64,000 bases of DNA from Eutreptiella sp. 'Long Island Sound 2002' (lineage: Eukaryota > Protista > Euglenida): positions 6,758,001 through 6,822,000 of the forward strand of contig OZ038379.1 in NCBI GenBank assembly GCA_964036045.1. Direction: 5' to 3'. A program made the translations under genes and the position numbers. The notes below the pieces were generated by a model. The model was not told the origin of the DNA. It ran no database searches and saw only the letters and a program-made list of their open reading frames with translations. This document shows, one piece after another, positions 47,511 through 60,480 of the stretch. Position 1 is the stretch's first letter. The number at the start of each line of letters is the position of its first letter.

Positions 47511-48090
47511 ATAGGTGCTGTTTCTATTTTGTTTTTGGTTGCAAAGGCAATGCCATAGACTCCGGGTACCATGGACGCATCCCTACAACCCTTGGACTCG
47601 AGTCCGGAGACTCCACCCCAATAGGCTATGGTCCGACAGTCCAATCCCCCATCGTCCTCAGCATATGTATGCCTTGCAACAGAAGACATATTAAGGATGA
47701 CTCTATGTATCTGGCATATTCATCACCAAGACCATGTCTTATGTGACTGCACTACATTTGGTACCGAATTCAAGTAGGTTTGAAATAAATACGGTCCCTA
47801 CTTACTGTGGCATGGACAAGGGCGTGGCTATGACAAAGGCGAGGGGTACCTTGTTTGACACAGCCACCTACCATGAGCTACTGCATCACTACTACGGAAA
47901 CCTACTATGGAAAGGCACACAAACGGTGTTGTTTCTATTTTGTTCCTAGTTGCAAAGGCAATGCCTCAGACTCCGGGTACCATGGACGCATCCCTACAAC
48001 CCTTGGACTCGAGTCCGGAGACTCCACCCCAATAGGCTATGGTTCGACAGTCCAATCCCCCATCGTCCTCAGCATATGTTTGCCTTGCAA
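47511..48090. repeat. About 165-bp direct repeats (47511-47680 and 47925-48090) around a unique spacer of about 245 bp
   Basis: gttgcaaaggcaatgcc.tagactccgggtaccatggacgcatccctacaacc...gccttgcaac is present twice. Confidence 0.85.
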
Positions 48091-48480
48091 CGCCAAGCGC
48101 AGGGAGCAAAAATTCAGAAGTGGTCCCCAACAAAGGGGAGCAAAATCAGAAGTGGCTACCTCACCCCTGCCTTCTCGGGGGCCAAAAAGGGGGCGGAAAT
48201 GCTATGGTGCCCCTGCATTCTCGGGGATCCCCAACGCCAAGCGCGGGGAGCAAAAATTCAGAAGTGGTCACCAACAAAGGGGAACAAAATCAGAAGTGGC
48301 TACCTCACCCCTGCCTTCTCGGGGGCCCAAAAGAGGGCGGGTATGCTTTGTCACCCCATTCTCGGGGATCCCCAACACCAAGCGCGGGGAGCAAAAATTC
48401 AGAAGTGGTCCCCAATAAAGTAGAACTAAATCAGAAGTGGCTACCTCACCCCTGCCTTCATGGGGGCCCAAAAGAGGGTG
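48090..48480 (+). repeat. Minisatellite array, 141-144-bp unit, about 2.8 copies
   Basis: caagcgc.gggagcaaaaattcagaagtggtc starts at 48094, 48238 and 48379. Confidence 0.9.
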
Positions 48481-51400
48481 ACGTATTCTTTGTGGCGTTT
48501 TGGCGACATTCTCGAATCCCCTCGTAATTCCATTTGAGTCCACACGGGCAAGGGAATGGTGACACAAGTGGGCGGTCAGGTTCACGCAAGCCGGGGGTCA
48601 GAACCCGCTCCCCAGTCGCCACGTGTGAAACCGAAACAGGGCATTCCCGCAGACATACAAATGAACCCACGAGGCACACGCAGAGCGTTGCTAAAGGGTG
48701 GGGCTGAGCTGTGCGGGGGGGACCCCAACCCCGCAGAGGATTGTGAGGCCTTTGTCTTCACATGGGACGGGGCACAACAAACCCGACTGAAACCCCCCGT
48801 TCCCAGAAGACCAACAAATGCCATACTACTGCAGCTGTACATTGGGGGGGGGGGGGGGTGGCAGGACAGGGCAGACAGGGGACTAGGGCCCGAACCCACT
48901 CCCATGTCCCATCTCCACCCGCGCTTCTTATTGCCATCCCTGACCGTCCTTGTCGGCCAATGGACAATGCGGCCCAATCACTTACCGGGGGCTTTGGGGG
49001 GGGTGTTAGATCCCCCCCACCCCACCCCCCACCCGCGAGATGTTGAGTTGTGAAGCAAAATTCTGGGCACCCGCCTAAAATGGTAAAAAAAAATCAACCA
49101 ATTGAAGACAGCCTTTGACGAAGGTGTGGGGGTCTGTAAAGGGGGGACGGGGTGCGGACGTACTCCGCGGCCGCCATCTCCATCGTGGCTAAGCGCCAGT
49201 GAACATCAAAGCCCAGAGGAACCCACGCCCACGGCAGGTATTCGTCTCCGCAAAGCACGGGGTCTCTGGGGCTGAGGTGATCGTACAGTCGACGTGCTCC
49301 AGGACCCCTACAAGCTGCCCCATGACTGCCAAGCGGTGGATACCGATGCCTTCGACTTCATCCAGCGTCATCTCAAAGCACGACCAACCCTAGGTGCACC
49401 CGGGGGGCCTCTACCAGAGATGTATTGGATATACTGGATCCTTGTATGGTCCCCCTGACCCCGGCGTCAAAGGTGCCAGAAAAAAAATTTTAAGCTTAAA
49501 TCCTGTTGCACCAAAGGCGCAGAAGAAAATTCTGCCTCAAACAGTGGAACGGGAGGAGGGGCGGGGGGGGGGGGGGAGAGGGGTCCAGCGGGGGGGGGGG
49601 GGGATCCCCCCTCCTCCGACGGTAAACGGTCGTTCTAATACATCCCTGGCCTTTACACCATCTCCAGCAGATGCCTGTACATCAGCCCCCTCTCTTTCTG
49701 GCCCTCTTTCTGAAGGTCATGCCGTGCCCATTGCTGCACCCCTGCGCAACCCCATGCTGCGCCCTTGCGCCACCTTGCCCTGCGCCCCTTCGCGGTCCCA
49801 CCCTGCGCCCCTGCGCAGCTCTGCACTGTGCCCCAAGAATTTGTACGCCGCCCCCGTGTGCGCCTTTCTGGTGCGGTCCTTCAGGTTTCGACGCAGAGTG
49901 GCTTCCTATGAGCAGCCATCTTCACGATCCGCCTCCTGTAGCATGGACTGCAAGCCGTTCCGAATTGGTACCGCCTGCTTGCTCCGCTCGCATGTCCCAT
50001 CGCCAACTGTAACCCCTCTTCCAGGACCCCAGGGTCAGTCCTCCTCCACCACGGATTTGCACGTGGGCTGTGCATCCGCCGGCTCCATTCTTCGCCTGAG
50101 AAGAGCGGGTGTGCGACTGAGAGACAGGGGGTTCCTTCGAAGACCTCTGGTATTTGTGGTCTCCCCCCCCCGGCCCAGAACCGTCCCCCACCCTCTTCCC
50201 TTTGCTCAGTGCCGAGTGTGCGCATTGGCGTTGCTTGCCGATGCTTTTGAGGTCTACCACGTTTTTGGGGGGTTCTTTTGACCCCCTCCCCTGAGTTTTG
50301 CTTAAAAGGGGGCGCGGGGGGTCTGGAACCCAAAAGTCCAACAGTTTGTGTACCAAAAAAATTAGCCCAAATCAATATTTCCTGTTGTACATTTCACTTT
50401 TTTCCCACAATGTTTCAAATCGCATCACTGGCTTCTGTAGGTTTGTCAGATGCTGCCTGTCAAAAAAATCAACCTCCTAACGCTTTGACGGCACTATTAA
50501 CCGCAAAAGCCAGGTACCACATGACTACGCGTATAAAGGCAACTTTTTTGGGACGAAATTTGAATATGTGCTCGCAATGTTGATGCTTCTTATGAACAGA
50601 TATGCAAGTTGCAAAGCTCGAAGATCATGAAATCATGGGTGTTGGTCAAATCGGGTCCGAGAGGGAGGGGTGTTAGCCCCCCCCCCCCCCAAGGAGATGC
50701 TGAGTTGTTAAGCAAAACTCTGCCCCTCCCCCACAAAAAAATTCTTAATGAATTGCTGCCATGACCTGCCACCCCTCGAGAAAATGGTGGGCTAACAGCG
50801 GTGTCCGAAAATGGCTAAAATCGCCAAAAATTAATCCAAATAACGCTGTGCAAAAACGGCCGAAACGCCTGAAAACAATACAACTACCGCCATCCGAAAA
50901 CGGCCAAAGCTGTGTCTGCGGCATATTGCACATCACCGGTCCCGCCCCCGCTCAGGCGCAAGATGTGAAGCCAATGGGTGTCCGTTTGTGGCTGTTGTGG
51001 AATCCGGGGATATCCGTGGCCTCCTGTTAAATCGGACACGAGCGTGCGGTACCGCCTTTGCTGGAAAAGATCACGGAAAGGCGTGCCAAGTGGTGCCGGC
51101 AACAATGATCACTTGGCAATGATCATCGCGGCATCATGGCAGGGGGTGGTGTCTTCTATGCATGTTGAATTTGTGTTTTGCTTTGCGCTGCCTATGTTAC
51201 CAATGCAACCTAAGTCTTGAGACTTGTCTCACCCCGCCCCCGCCCCCCCCTCTGGCAACATTCGGAACTGGTTGGCAATGGCCATATGCCTTGGGTGCTG
51301 TGGACGGGAGTCCCCAAGAAACTGGTGCACAAATTGCTTAACCAGTTTGCTGCCCCAATAGCACAGCAACCCGTACCTTCAACATGTGACCACGCACCAT

Positions 51401-52328
51401 GTTCAAAGCTCATATATGAAGGTGCGTAGTCTTGCCGCATTCATGTGAGTGGTACTCGTCGTGTGCCCACAGGTAACACAGTCCCCTCTACGCTTCGAGG
51501 TGTGTTGCCGAAGGCAATAGAGGTTTGGTTCGGCGCCTTTGGCCCCGGATTTCATGGCGAGTGCTGCATCGATGGTGGTTGGCGGTCAACGGCAGTGGCG
51601 GCAGGCGTTCACACCACGGATGGTTGGAACAGGGCTGTATGACAGTGCGAGGGCCGACTGCAAAGACCATAGGCTGCAGTCTTGGTCTTGACGCGCACAC
51701 GATGCCTCGCGCCAGACCTGGGCCGGTCGGCACAGACGAGGGTGAGTACTTGAATGCTTGGCAGGAGCCTACTACTGCCAAACTGAGGAAACTTGTGCTG
51801 TGTGCATGTCAAATCACATCATATTTTTTGTAGTGCGCTTTGGCCTGTGGTGGTGGGGCTACGAGAATATGCCACACAAGCCCTACACAACTGTCGTGCA
51901 GGATTCGTTCCACAGAATTTCTCACCTGGAAACCCCCCCTTGGCCCAGAAAGAAGACTGGGTTGTGGCAGTAAGCCGGCAAGCGTTAGCAGCGCATGAAG
52001 CAGAAGAAAGCCCCGTCAGTGGCTGTGGAGGACCATGGGTACCTTTCTGTCACAAAGAGGGACGGATTGGTGGGCCCTCGATGAACAGGGGCAATCAGCG
52101 GTTCAACAGCGGCGGTTGGCGGTCAACTGACGACGGTTGGCGGCTGGCAGGACGGTGCACCAGGTGCAGGGGGGGGGGGGTCCCGAGGGCAGAAAGAAGA
52201 ACAAAAAGGGCCCCCACAAGACCCGTGGCAACGCACTTTGCACAGTGCCCAACAAAGAGCATCATGCCGGTCCCCAAGGCCCCCCTTGTGGGCAGCACTT
52301 CTTTTCACGTAGGCACACACACACATAC

Positions 52329-52432
52329 CGTCCCATGATGGTGCCCTCGTCAGGGCTCTGCAGCAGATCACTGGATTCGGGGTCCGCCCACGTCAGCTCC
52401 ACCCACTTACATTGTGTAAGCACCAGCTGCTC
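52329..52432 (-). CDS. Exon of an unidentified multi-exon gene or pseudogene
   Basis: EQLVLTQCKWVELTWADPESSDLLQSPDEGTIMG; TAG acceptor and GTATGT donor; phase 0 start matches the 54149 exon end. Confidence 0.5.
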
Positions 52433-53319
52433 CTACAACACGCAAGCCGTGCAGACTGGCGAGCGTTGGCCACGCAGGAGATCAAAGACCGGGGTTAATC
52501 TCCAAGATCAGCACAACTCATTTCACAGCCCATATCACATCCTGTACACATCTCTTGTGGCGCCCCCCCCCCCCCTTTTGCAGGTGCACGCATTTTGTGT
52601 GCACTAGGCAACCCCCCGCCCCCTTGTGGTCTGCCATGTGACAGACCCACTCGCCGGCCCACACATATCACACGCTGTGCAGATCCATTGAAGGGAACAC
52701 CCGCTGGTGGCATCGCACAGTAAAAAATGAGCCAAAAGCGCACGAGTAACCCAAAAGCGGGCCCATGGTGCTTTAAACCTGGGCGGGCTTGGAAGAGGGA
52801 GTGTGGTAGGCGCAGGGGTATGCCCCTCAATCCGCACTATAAAATTCGCATTATTTTTCTGGGTTCACTTTTTCAGGTTTGGAGTAGTGTTAGGCCAAAA
52901 GAAAGGCCCTGATAACCCCAGCCCTACCCCTACTCCTGGAACACGGACCCTTCTTTGATTCGGATTAGCGGTCAGTGGTGGGGTTGTAGGAGAAGCAAAG
53001 TGAAGCACAGAGAAAAGGTCCTGCATTGGACAATGACACACAACAAAATTCTGTGCTGGGCAACTGCATTGACTTTGGTGTTCGCTGATCCTACGCTTAC
53101 TCAACTTTCCTCAACGTTGAAATGTGAAATCAGCAGCACCATTGGTATCATGATCCTGAAGCTACAATCTGTCAAACATAGGGCAAGGTGGGGGGGGGGG
53201 GGTCCGCATACAGGGAATGGGCCCGCCTCCCGCCTTATGACCACATAATCTACATGGCATTGACAAAACCAGCATCAACATGGTGATTGTCCCGGTAAAG
53301 TGTGCAAGATTCACGCAAA

Positions 53320-53640
53320 AAAAATTAGCTGCCCGCCCCGACACGACCGCCCATCCACCCTGACACGCCTACCAGCCAGCCCCAACATGCCCGCCTGCCC
53401 ACCGTGACACGCCCGCCTGCCCACCCTGAGACACGTGCCTGCCGGTGTAGACACACGTGCCTGCCCGCCCCACTGCGCCCGCCCGACACGCCCTCCCGCC
53501 CACACCAACACGCCAGGCTGCCCGCCCTGACACGCCCGCGACACACGTGCCCACCCGCCCGCCCACCTACCCTGACATGTGCATGCACCCCCACATGCAC
53601 GCGCTCCCGGACACGCCCCCGGCCACACACCCGCCTCATT
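53320..53640. repeat. C-rich low-complexity tract (cccgccc/acacg)
   Basis: Reiterated ccgccc, acacg and gcctg motifs. Confidence 0.7.
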
Positions 53641-54148
53641 TTGAGATAATAGGAAAATGAGGGGCTCAAAACCCGACCCCAGAGTTTTGCTTAAGGGAGG
53701 TGGGGGATGGGGGGGGTCCAAGGGGGGGAGGGGGGGCTCACCACAAATGTGTACCATAGTATCACAGTGCAGGTCAGCTTCGGCGCCTTGTAGAAATTTG
53801 CTTTGGCGCCTTCGGCGCCTAGTATTTCCTATGCTTTCTGGGCCAAGGTGACGGTTCCCCCCCTGGGGGCGGGGGGATTTCAAAGGGGGTAGGGAAGGTA
53901 CCATTGACGAAGGGCAGTGGCAGCCTTCGTAGCCCATGCACTCCACCGCAAAAACTCTTTCGCCACATCTTCATACCCCATGCTTTGGCTCCGGGTCTGG
54001 CACTATTTCGGCTCATTTTCAACCCAGGGGAATCGCCCTTCAGCCACTACACTCTAAACACATACGCTGTGTAGAGGGGTGGAGTGCACAAAACGTAGTG
54101 TGACGCACAGTCTGAAAGGCAGTCAACCTGCACTTTAGGGTCCATCAC

Positions 54149-54253
54149 CTTTTTTGTCTCCTTGGTCTCCTGCTGCTGCAGGGCCAATTTCTCGTTCAGC
54201 ATGTCAACAAACTTCCGTTTGGCCTCGGCGTGCGATGGATCAGTGGATGCAAC
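54149..54253 (-). CDS. Exon of the same unidentified gene
   Basis: VASTDPSHAEAKRKFVDMLNEKLALQQQETKETKK; ttttcag acceptor, GTGATG donor, 105 nt in phase 0/0. Confidence 0.5.
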
Positions 54254-54564
54254 CTGAAAACACAGACAAACATGCTTGCAGTAAATCCGAACCCAACAGT
54301 GACCTCCTGAGCAGACCCATGGGGTGCGTGCAGGAAAGGCTCAGTACGTGTGCCGGGTGATACAGATGTAGGCAGAGGGTTGGGTTTCACCAGGAAATTG
54401 TCCGGATTTTTTGTCGACAGACGGTCAGGAAGTGTTTTTTGGGAGATGAAAATGGGCCTTATGCCCACAGATGTGCTTCTGCCCCTTGGTGTTCCTCCAG
54501 TGCTGGCGACACCCATGGGGGGAGAGGGGGGGGGGGGGTTCTGGATATCATGAAGCACTTCTAC

Positions 54565-54623
54565 CCATGCGCAGACCGCGGTGCTGCTGCTGAGCACATT
54601 CCACTCATCCAACATCAACGCCT
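54565..54623 (-). CDS. Possible upstream exon of the same gene
   Basis: ALMLDEWNVLSSSTAVCAW with AG/GT ends; its phase 0 end is compatible with the 54253 exon. Confidence 0.35.
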
Positions 54624-55329
54624 CTGAACTATCACTTTGGTGAGCGAGAGACCGGCCAGTCTGAGGCTATGAAGCGACAAACATCGAAACAGTCTTGAGA
54701 GCAATCAAAGCAAACACAGCGGGGGGGGGGGGGCTGTGCCAGGGAAATTCTGCAGCAGCTTATTCTGATGGACGGGGGGGGGGGGGGCTGTGCCAGGGAA
54801 ATTCTGCAGCAGCTTATTCTAATGGCACACATTCTATGCAAATTGTACAGTAGCCAGAATATGCCCATGGATCGTCACCGAGGTGGTCCCCTCCGTTGGG
54901 CAAGCCACCGTCGGCAGCCCCAAATGGCGGCAGCCGTTCAAATCACGGATGATTGAAACAGGGCTGTATGACAGTGCTAGGGCCGACTGTAAAGACCATC
55001 GGCTGCAGTCTTGGTGTTGCCACGCAGGCGATGCCCCGCGCCAGACCTTGAAAAACCTTGAGTGAGAGCACCTGGTCACACTCAACGTGATCGGGGCACG
55101 GTGCCAGTCACTGCAACACACACTGTAGGCTAGGAAACTGAACCCGAGGCTGGGAGATGGCCCACGCTACCCACAGCAATGCACACCCTTCTACCCACCA
55201 CTGTGTGCAGGACACTATTCACATCATGCCACATCGTATCCAGTACCACCTCCCCCACCTCGCCTACATGCGATGACAACACTGCACACAGTGCCATCGC
55301 AACGGTTCAGCCTTGCAACCCCAGAAGTG

Positions 55330-57250
55330 TGGTCGTGCAATTTTGCTTCCGGTGGGGCTTTGCGTCATGTACGAGGGGTTCGTTCCACTGCCACGTCTTA
55401 CTGCTGTTAGTCGCGTTGTTGGTGGGTAGTGACGAGGAATGTGGTGTGGTGGTGGGGGGGGGGGGGGAGGCATTTTTCTGGTGGTGGGGGTTGTAACCAC
55501 AGGTTGAATCTGGGCCGGACGTCTGGGGCAAGGGGAAACAGGCTATGAGCACTCGGGAGTCCCCATTGGCCTACGTCCACCGTTGCCTCTTCTGTCAGGC
55601 CCTCTTCTCGCTGTGAGTCACGTTGTTGGTGGGCAGTGACGTAACGTGGTCTGATGGATGGGTGGGGGGGGGGGTGGCGCAGTTTTCTGGTGGTGGGACT
55701 TTGGAAATGGAGACATTGTGACATGTTGGTTGACTCCAAATGATTCATGCTGCACAGGGCATGTTCGTCGCTCGCTGAATCTGGGCCGGACGTCTGGGGC
55801 AAGGGGAAACAGGCTATGAGCACTCGGGAGTCCCCATTGGCCTACGTCCACCGTTGCCTCTTCTGTCAGGCCCTCTTCTCGCTGTGAGTCACGTTGTTGG
55901 TGGGCAGTGACGTAACGTGGTCTGATGGATGGGTGGGGGGGGGGGTGGCGCAGTTTTCTGGTGGTGGGACTTTGGAAATGGAGACATTGTGACATGTTGG
56001 TTGACTCCAAATGATTCATGCTGCACAGGGCATGTTCGTCGCTCGCTGGCACTTTCAGGTGCACAGTGCAGGTGCCAGAATTGAAATGGGAATGGGAGAG
56101 CCCTGTGACACGCTGGTTACCCTAAATGATTCATGCTGCATAGGGCCGGCTTGCTGCGCGATGGCTCATGCAGGGCGTAGTGCGGGCAGTCAAATCGATT
56201 GAGTGGCATCCTACGGTTCGTTGAGTCCAAATCATTCACCCTGCACTAGGCAGGTTCACTGTGCGCTGGCACATGCAGATGCATAGTGCAGGCACCAGTA
56301 GAAATGGGAATGGAAGAGCCCTGTGACTTGTTGGTCAACCGAAAGGTTCATGTTGCACAGGGCCGCTTTGCTGCGCGATGGCACATTCAGGGCACAGTGC
56401 AGGCATCAGAGTTGACTGAGGGGCACTCACCAGTTGGGAATGGGAGAATCTTGCGACGTGTTGGTTAACCCAAACGATTCATGCTGCATCGGATTGGTTC
56501 GCTGCACGCTGGTACTTTCAGGTGCTCAGTGCAGACATCAGAATTGACTGAGAGGCACTCAACCGCAGGAAGTGGGAACTGGTGTTAAATGAATTTCGTG
56601 ACGTTGGGCAGTGATGAGGAATGTGGCGTGACGGGGGGGGGATGGCAGTTTTCTGGTGGCGGGACGCTGCAACCACAACTGAATTTGGCCCGGACGTCCG
56701 GGGCAAGGGGAAACGGGCTATGAGCACTGGAGAGTCCCCATTGGCCTACGTCCACCGTTGCTCCTTCTGTCATGCCCTCTTCCCGCTGTTAGTCGCGTTG
56801 GTGGTGGCCAGTGACGAGGAATGTGGTGTGGTGGTTGGGGGGGGCGGGGTCGGCATTTTTCTCGTGGTGGGGCTTGCAACCACAGGTTGAATCTGGGCAA
56901 GACGTCTGGGGCAAGGGGAAACAAGCTATGAGCACTCAGGAGTCCCCATTGGCCTACGTCCACCGTTGCCTCTTCTGCCAAGCCCTCTTCTCGCTGTGAG
57001 TCGCGTGAGGGGAGGGGAGGGTGGCGCAGTTTTCTGGTGGTGGGACTTTGGAAATGGAGACATTGTGACATGTTGGTTGACTCCAAATGATTCATGCGGC
57101 ACGGGGCATGTTCGTCGCTCGCTGGCACTTTCAGGTGCACAGTGCAGGTACCAGAATTGAAATGGGAATGGGAGAGCCCTGTGACATGTTGGTTACCCTA
57201 AATAATTCATGCTGCATAGGGCCGGCTTGCTGCACGCTGGCACATTCCAA
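55330..57250. repeat. Cluster of tandemly reiterated 270-350-bp blocks, including a near-perfect 271-bp duplication (55505-55775 / 55776-56046)
   Basis: tgaatctgggccggacgtctggggcaaggggaaac... occurs at 55505 and 55776, with diverged copies at about 56680 and 56890. Confidence 0.9.
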
Positions 57251-59260
57251 TAGCTTGCGGCGTCAAAATCTTGTGTCAATAGCTTGCATCAACAGTTGGT
57301 GCCAATGTCTTGTGTCAAGAGCTTGCGTCACTAGCTTGTGTCAATAGCAGGTGTCAATAGCTTGTGTCATGGTTTGCACTGGTTTGAAAATGTGCGGCAA
57401 GCTGACTAGCGCGGAGCCAAGGGGCACCCTGGTTCATCCCCCCCCCCCCCACCCACCCCCAACCCCCCAACTCCCCAAAGTTCTTGAACCCAGTTTGAGG
57501 CAATTTCAGGTTTTGGCTAATTGACACAAGCTCAGCACTGCCCTTTTGTGCAGGCTCAGTTCACAGGAGCCCCTGCAAACCGCCCAAACCTTCAATTTTG
57601 AGGGGGCTTGACACTCCCCAGCCCTGTCCCCCTCTGTGTCTGTGTCCCACTCCCCTAGTACCAGGGCTATGTCCTATGTGCCCCTGAGCTGAGCCGTCCG
57701 TACCGCATCCCCGCCGTTGACCATATCTCTGCTGGAACTCGCCTCACGCTTGACCAAACAACACATACCGCTGCCGGGGACGAGGTACCCTTTGGGGTAC
57801 TGTTGGCCTTTGCATATTATCGCGAGCTCTGCCCGCTGACTAGGGGCGATTCGGTGGTGGTGGTGGAAGTGTTGGCTTTGGCATGGACTTCCTGGCTCTA
57901 CTTCTGCACGGCACTGATTCCATGTGAACCCACCATCGCAGTCATGGCAGCTGTAATAAGAACGAGCGGGCGCCCTCATGACAAACCCAGTCTGTCTCCA
58001 TCGATAGCCCCACCTCCTGGTGGAGACTCGACGGATGCGTTGTTTCATGGTGACTGTTGGAGTCTTGCTTGCCGGAGTTAGTGAGACTTTACGTTTGCTA
58101 AGATACTCAGTTTTTGTTTCTAGGATACACATTGGGTACGCCCTTTGGAGAGTTGGGGGACACAAGGGATGGGACACCGTAGCACACACACATTGATATC
58201 TTTGCAAAGAAATATCGTCGGGGGGGGGGGGAATAATTTGAAGGGGGATTTTTTTTGGGAGGCCCCAAATTAAGGTGGGAAAATTGTGGACATTTTGGCA
58301 CATAGCATCCTTAATGTTGAAGAAGATATTGGCTAGGAGGGAGGGCTTCCACACAAGTACTGCACAAGAACCAACAAAAACCACTAGTGTGTTTCAAAGC
58401 CGGCCCATCCCGCCCAAGTCTCGTTGCTTAATCAAATGGAGTTGGTGTCAATGTTACGCGGTGACGTTTCATCAGGTGAAATCCGGCCCTTTGGTCCATG
58501 CCTCATGGTAGTGATCGCCGTGTTTGTCAAGCTAGTGTGGTTGGGCGTGTAGCCCTTGTTCTTGGATAGCGATAACATGTGGCTCACGCTAGGTTTGGGT
58601 GGAGGTGGTGCAACGGCAAACCCGCTCGGTTGAACCAGCCTTTGCCCGCCCCCCCCCCCCCCTCCACCCGCCCCTAGACCCTATGCTTGGGTCAACTTCT
58701 TCTGCACACCACCAATCAACACCTTTGATGTGCAACTCGCGGAGACTCGGTGACCACAAGCTTCCAATAGCGCCTAGTACTCCGATCTCGATTTGGAATG
58801 TCCGCAAAACACAAATGGTATTGTTCTCCATGCTTCGGCGAAGTATCCGAAGCATCATCTACACATGACAAGTGAAAAAGACGAAGGCCGAGCTTTCTTG
58901 AGTTGAACACGAGCAACTAGCTTGTCTTGCAAAATTTCCGACGTTACGATCATTTTGGATCGGTTCGGCATGGCAACCAAAACCCGTCAAACCAAGTGGC
59001 CGCGGAATTCGGGTTCGAGAAGGTGAAAAGATGGCTTCTAGGACTAGAGGACTACGAAGGTCACACAACAAATGACGCGACACTACGTGCGGTGTTGGTT
59101 ACCTTGAAGCTTGCCGTGTGCACTTGTTTGGCGATACCATGAACGCACTTCGTGGATCCAAACATTGTCTACATCCCAGTCTACACAACAGAAGAAAATT
59201 GGTGGCCACTCGGCGTTCCCAATGCTTTAGGACCACTTTCTTCTTGCTTTTTCATTCGTT

Positions 59261-59265
<5 letters not shown>

Positions 59266-59333
<68 letters not shown>
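59266..59333. repeat. (CT)n microsatellite
   Basis: Seen directly. Confidence 0.97.
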
Positions 59334-59335
<2 letters not shown>

Positions 59336-59354
59336 CTGCCGAAAAATCGAATCC

Positions 59355-59554
59355 AAACTATACTCTATGCATTTTGGGCGACCGGCCTACTCCCTCTAGC
59401 AAAGGAGAAGAGGGAAAGAGGGTAGACGAGTGAGAGGAGCATCGGGATCATAGAAATGCCGCAAACTATACTCTATGTATTTTGGGCGACCCGCCTACTC
59501 CCTCTAGCAAAGGAGAAGAGGGAAAGAGGGTAGACGAGTGAGAGGAGCATCGGG
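59355..59554. repeat. Tandem duplication with 108-bp period
   Basis: aaactatactctatg.attttgggcgacc...gagaggagcatcggg at 59355 and 59463. Confidence 0.9.
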
Positions 59555-60289
59555 GTCATGAAATGTCGAAGTCCTTGTTGCGAGGAACCACGTCTCCTAG
59601 TGCTCCGGATTGGGCAAGCCTATTATTCTAGATCAATGCCCACCATGTATGCGGAATTCGAGAATTATTGTAGCTACATCTCGATGGCCGAGTTTCCTAA
59701 GAGGCGAAGCACGTCAACACGTAGAAATCATTAGGAAGCTATAGCCTCTATTATGAGCCGTCACGCAAGGAGCTACACTCGCTACAGTAGTTACATTAGG
59801 AACCCTTGTTATTTAGGTCCCTCTCGTGGACGTTCTACGAAATCTATACACGAAGAAGGCAATATCCATGGGAAGGGTTACCGGCCTGAATTGTTATGCA
59901 AAGGAAAGGGTTGCATCTCAATAGTCCCAGTTGGTGAGGCCTTTTTGTGTGATATTTTGGATGTGATCACCCAAACCGGAAAAACGTCAAGAGGCAAAGG
60001 AACAGATGCTGGCTATCCTTGTGGCTAGGATGGTTGAGCATACGTAGCACGTACAAAAATATAGGCGCAAAGGAAGGCGTGTAACGCTTAAAGATTGAGA
60101 AACAACCCATTTGTGGGTCGGGAAACACTGGATGATGCAATGCACAAAGCACTCACTCATCTGTTTCAGCTTTTTGCTAGTTGAACGCTTTCTCTTTGGG
60201 TTTTGCAACAACTTGACCCCCCTTGTTTTGGTGTTGTGATTGTTGGAGGAGTACGACAGGAGGGCGAGGTGGCCCGAATCTAATAGACA

Positions 60290-60480
60290 ATTTGTTCCCC
60301 ACAAGTGTGGGCATCAAAACATTCATCACAATAATGCTCCTAGCACTCACCACAACCTGTGATGGTGGAGCGCTTGTGACAACACAAGGCACACACATCT
60401 GCCTCATCCTCTTCCTCATCTTGCCGGGCGGCTTTTATCAGTCCAAACATGAGGCGGGACATGGTCCCATGGTCCATCCT
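60290..60480 (-). other. Acidic stretch plus B-box-like finger remnant (copy 2, with stop)
   Basis: QDEEEDEADVCALCCHKRSTITGCGEC*EHYCDECFDAHTCG; homologous to about 2390-2580. Confidence 0.5.

Noticed and set aside
57674-58384. 236-aa minus-strand ORF
   Set aside because: The 5' half runs through a dispersed repeat; only a Cys-containing piece (about 57770-57955) looks exon-like, and it could not be linked to anything.
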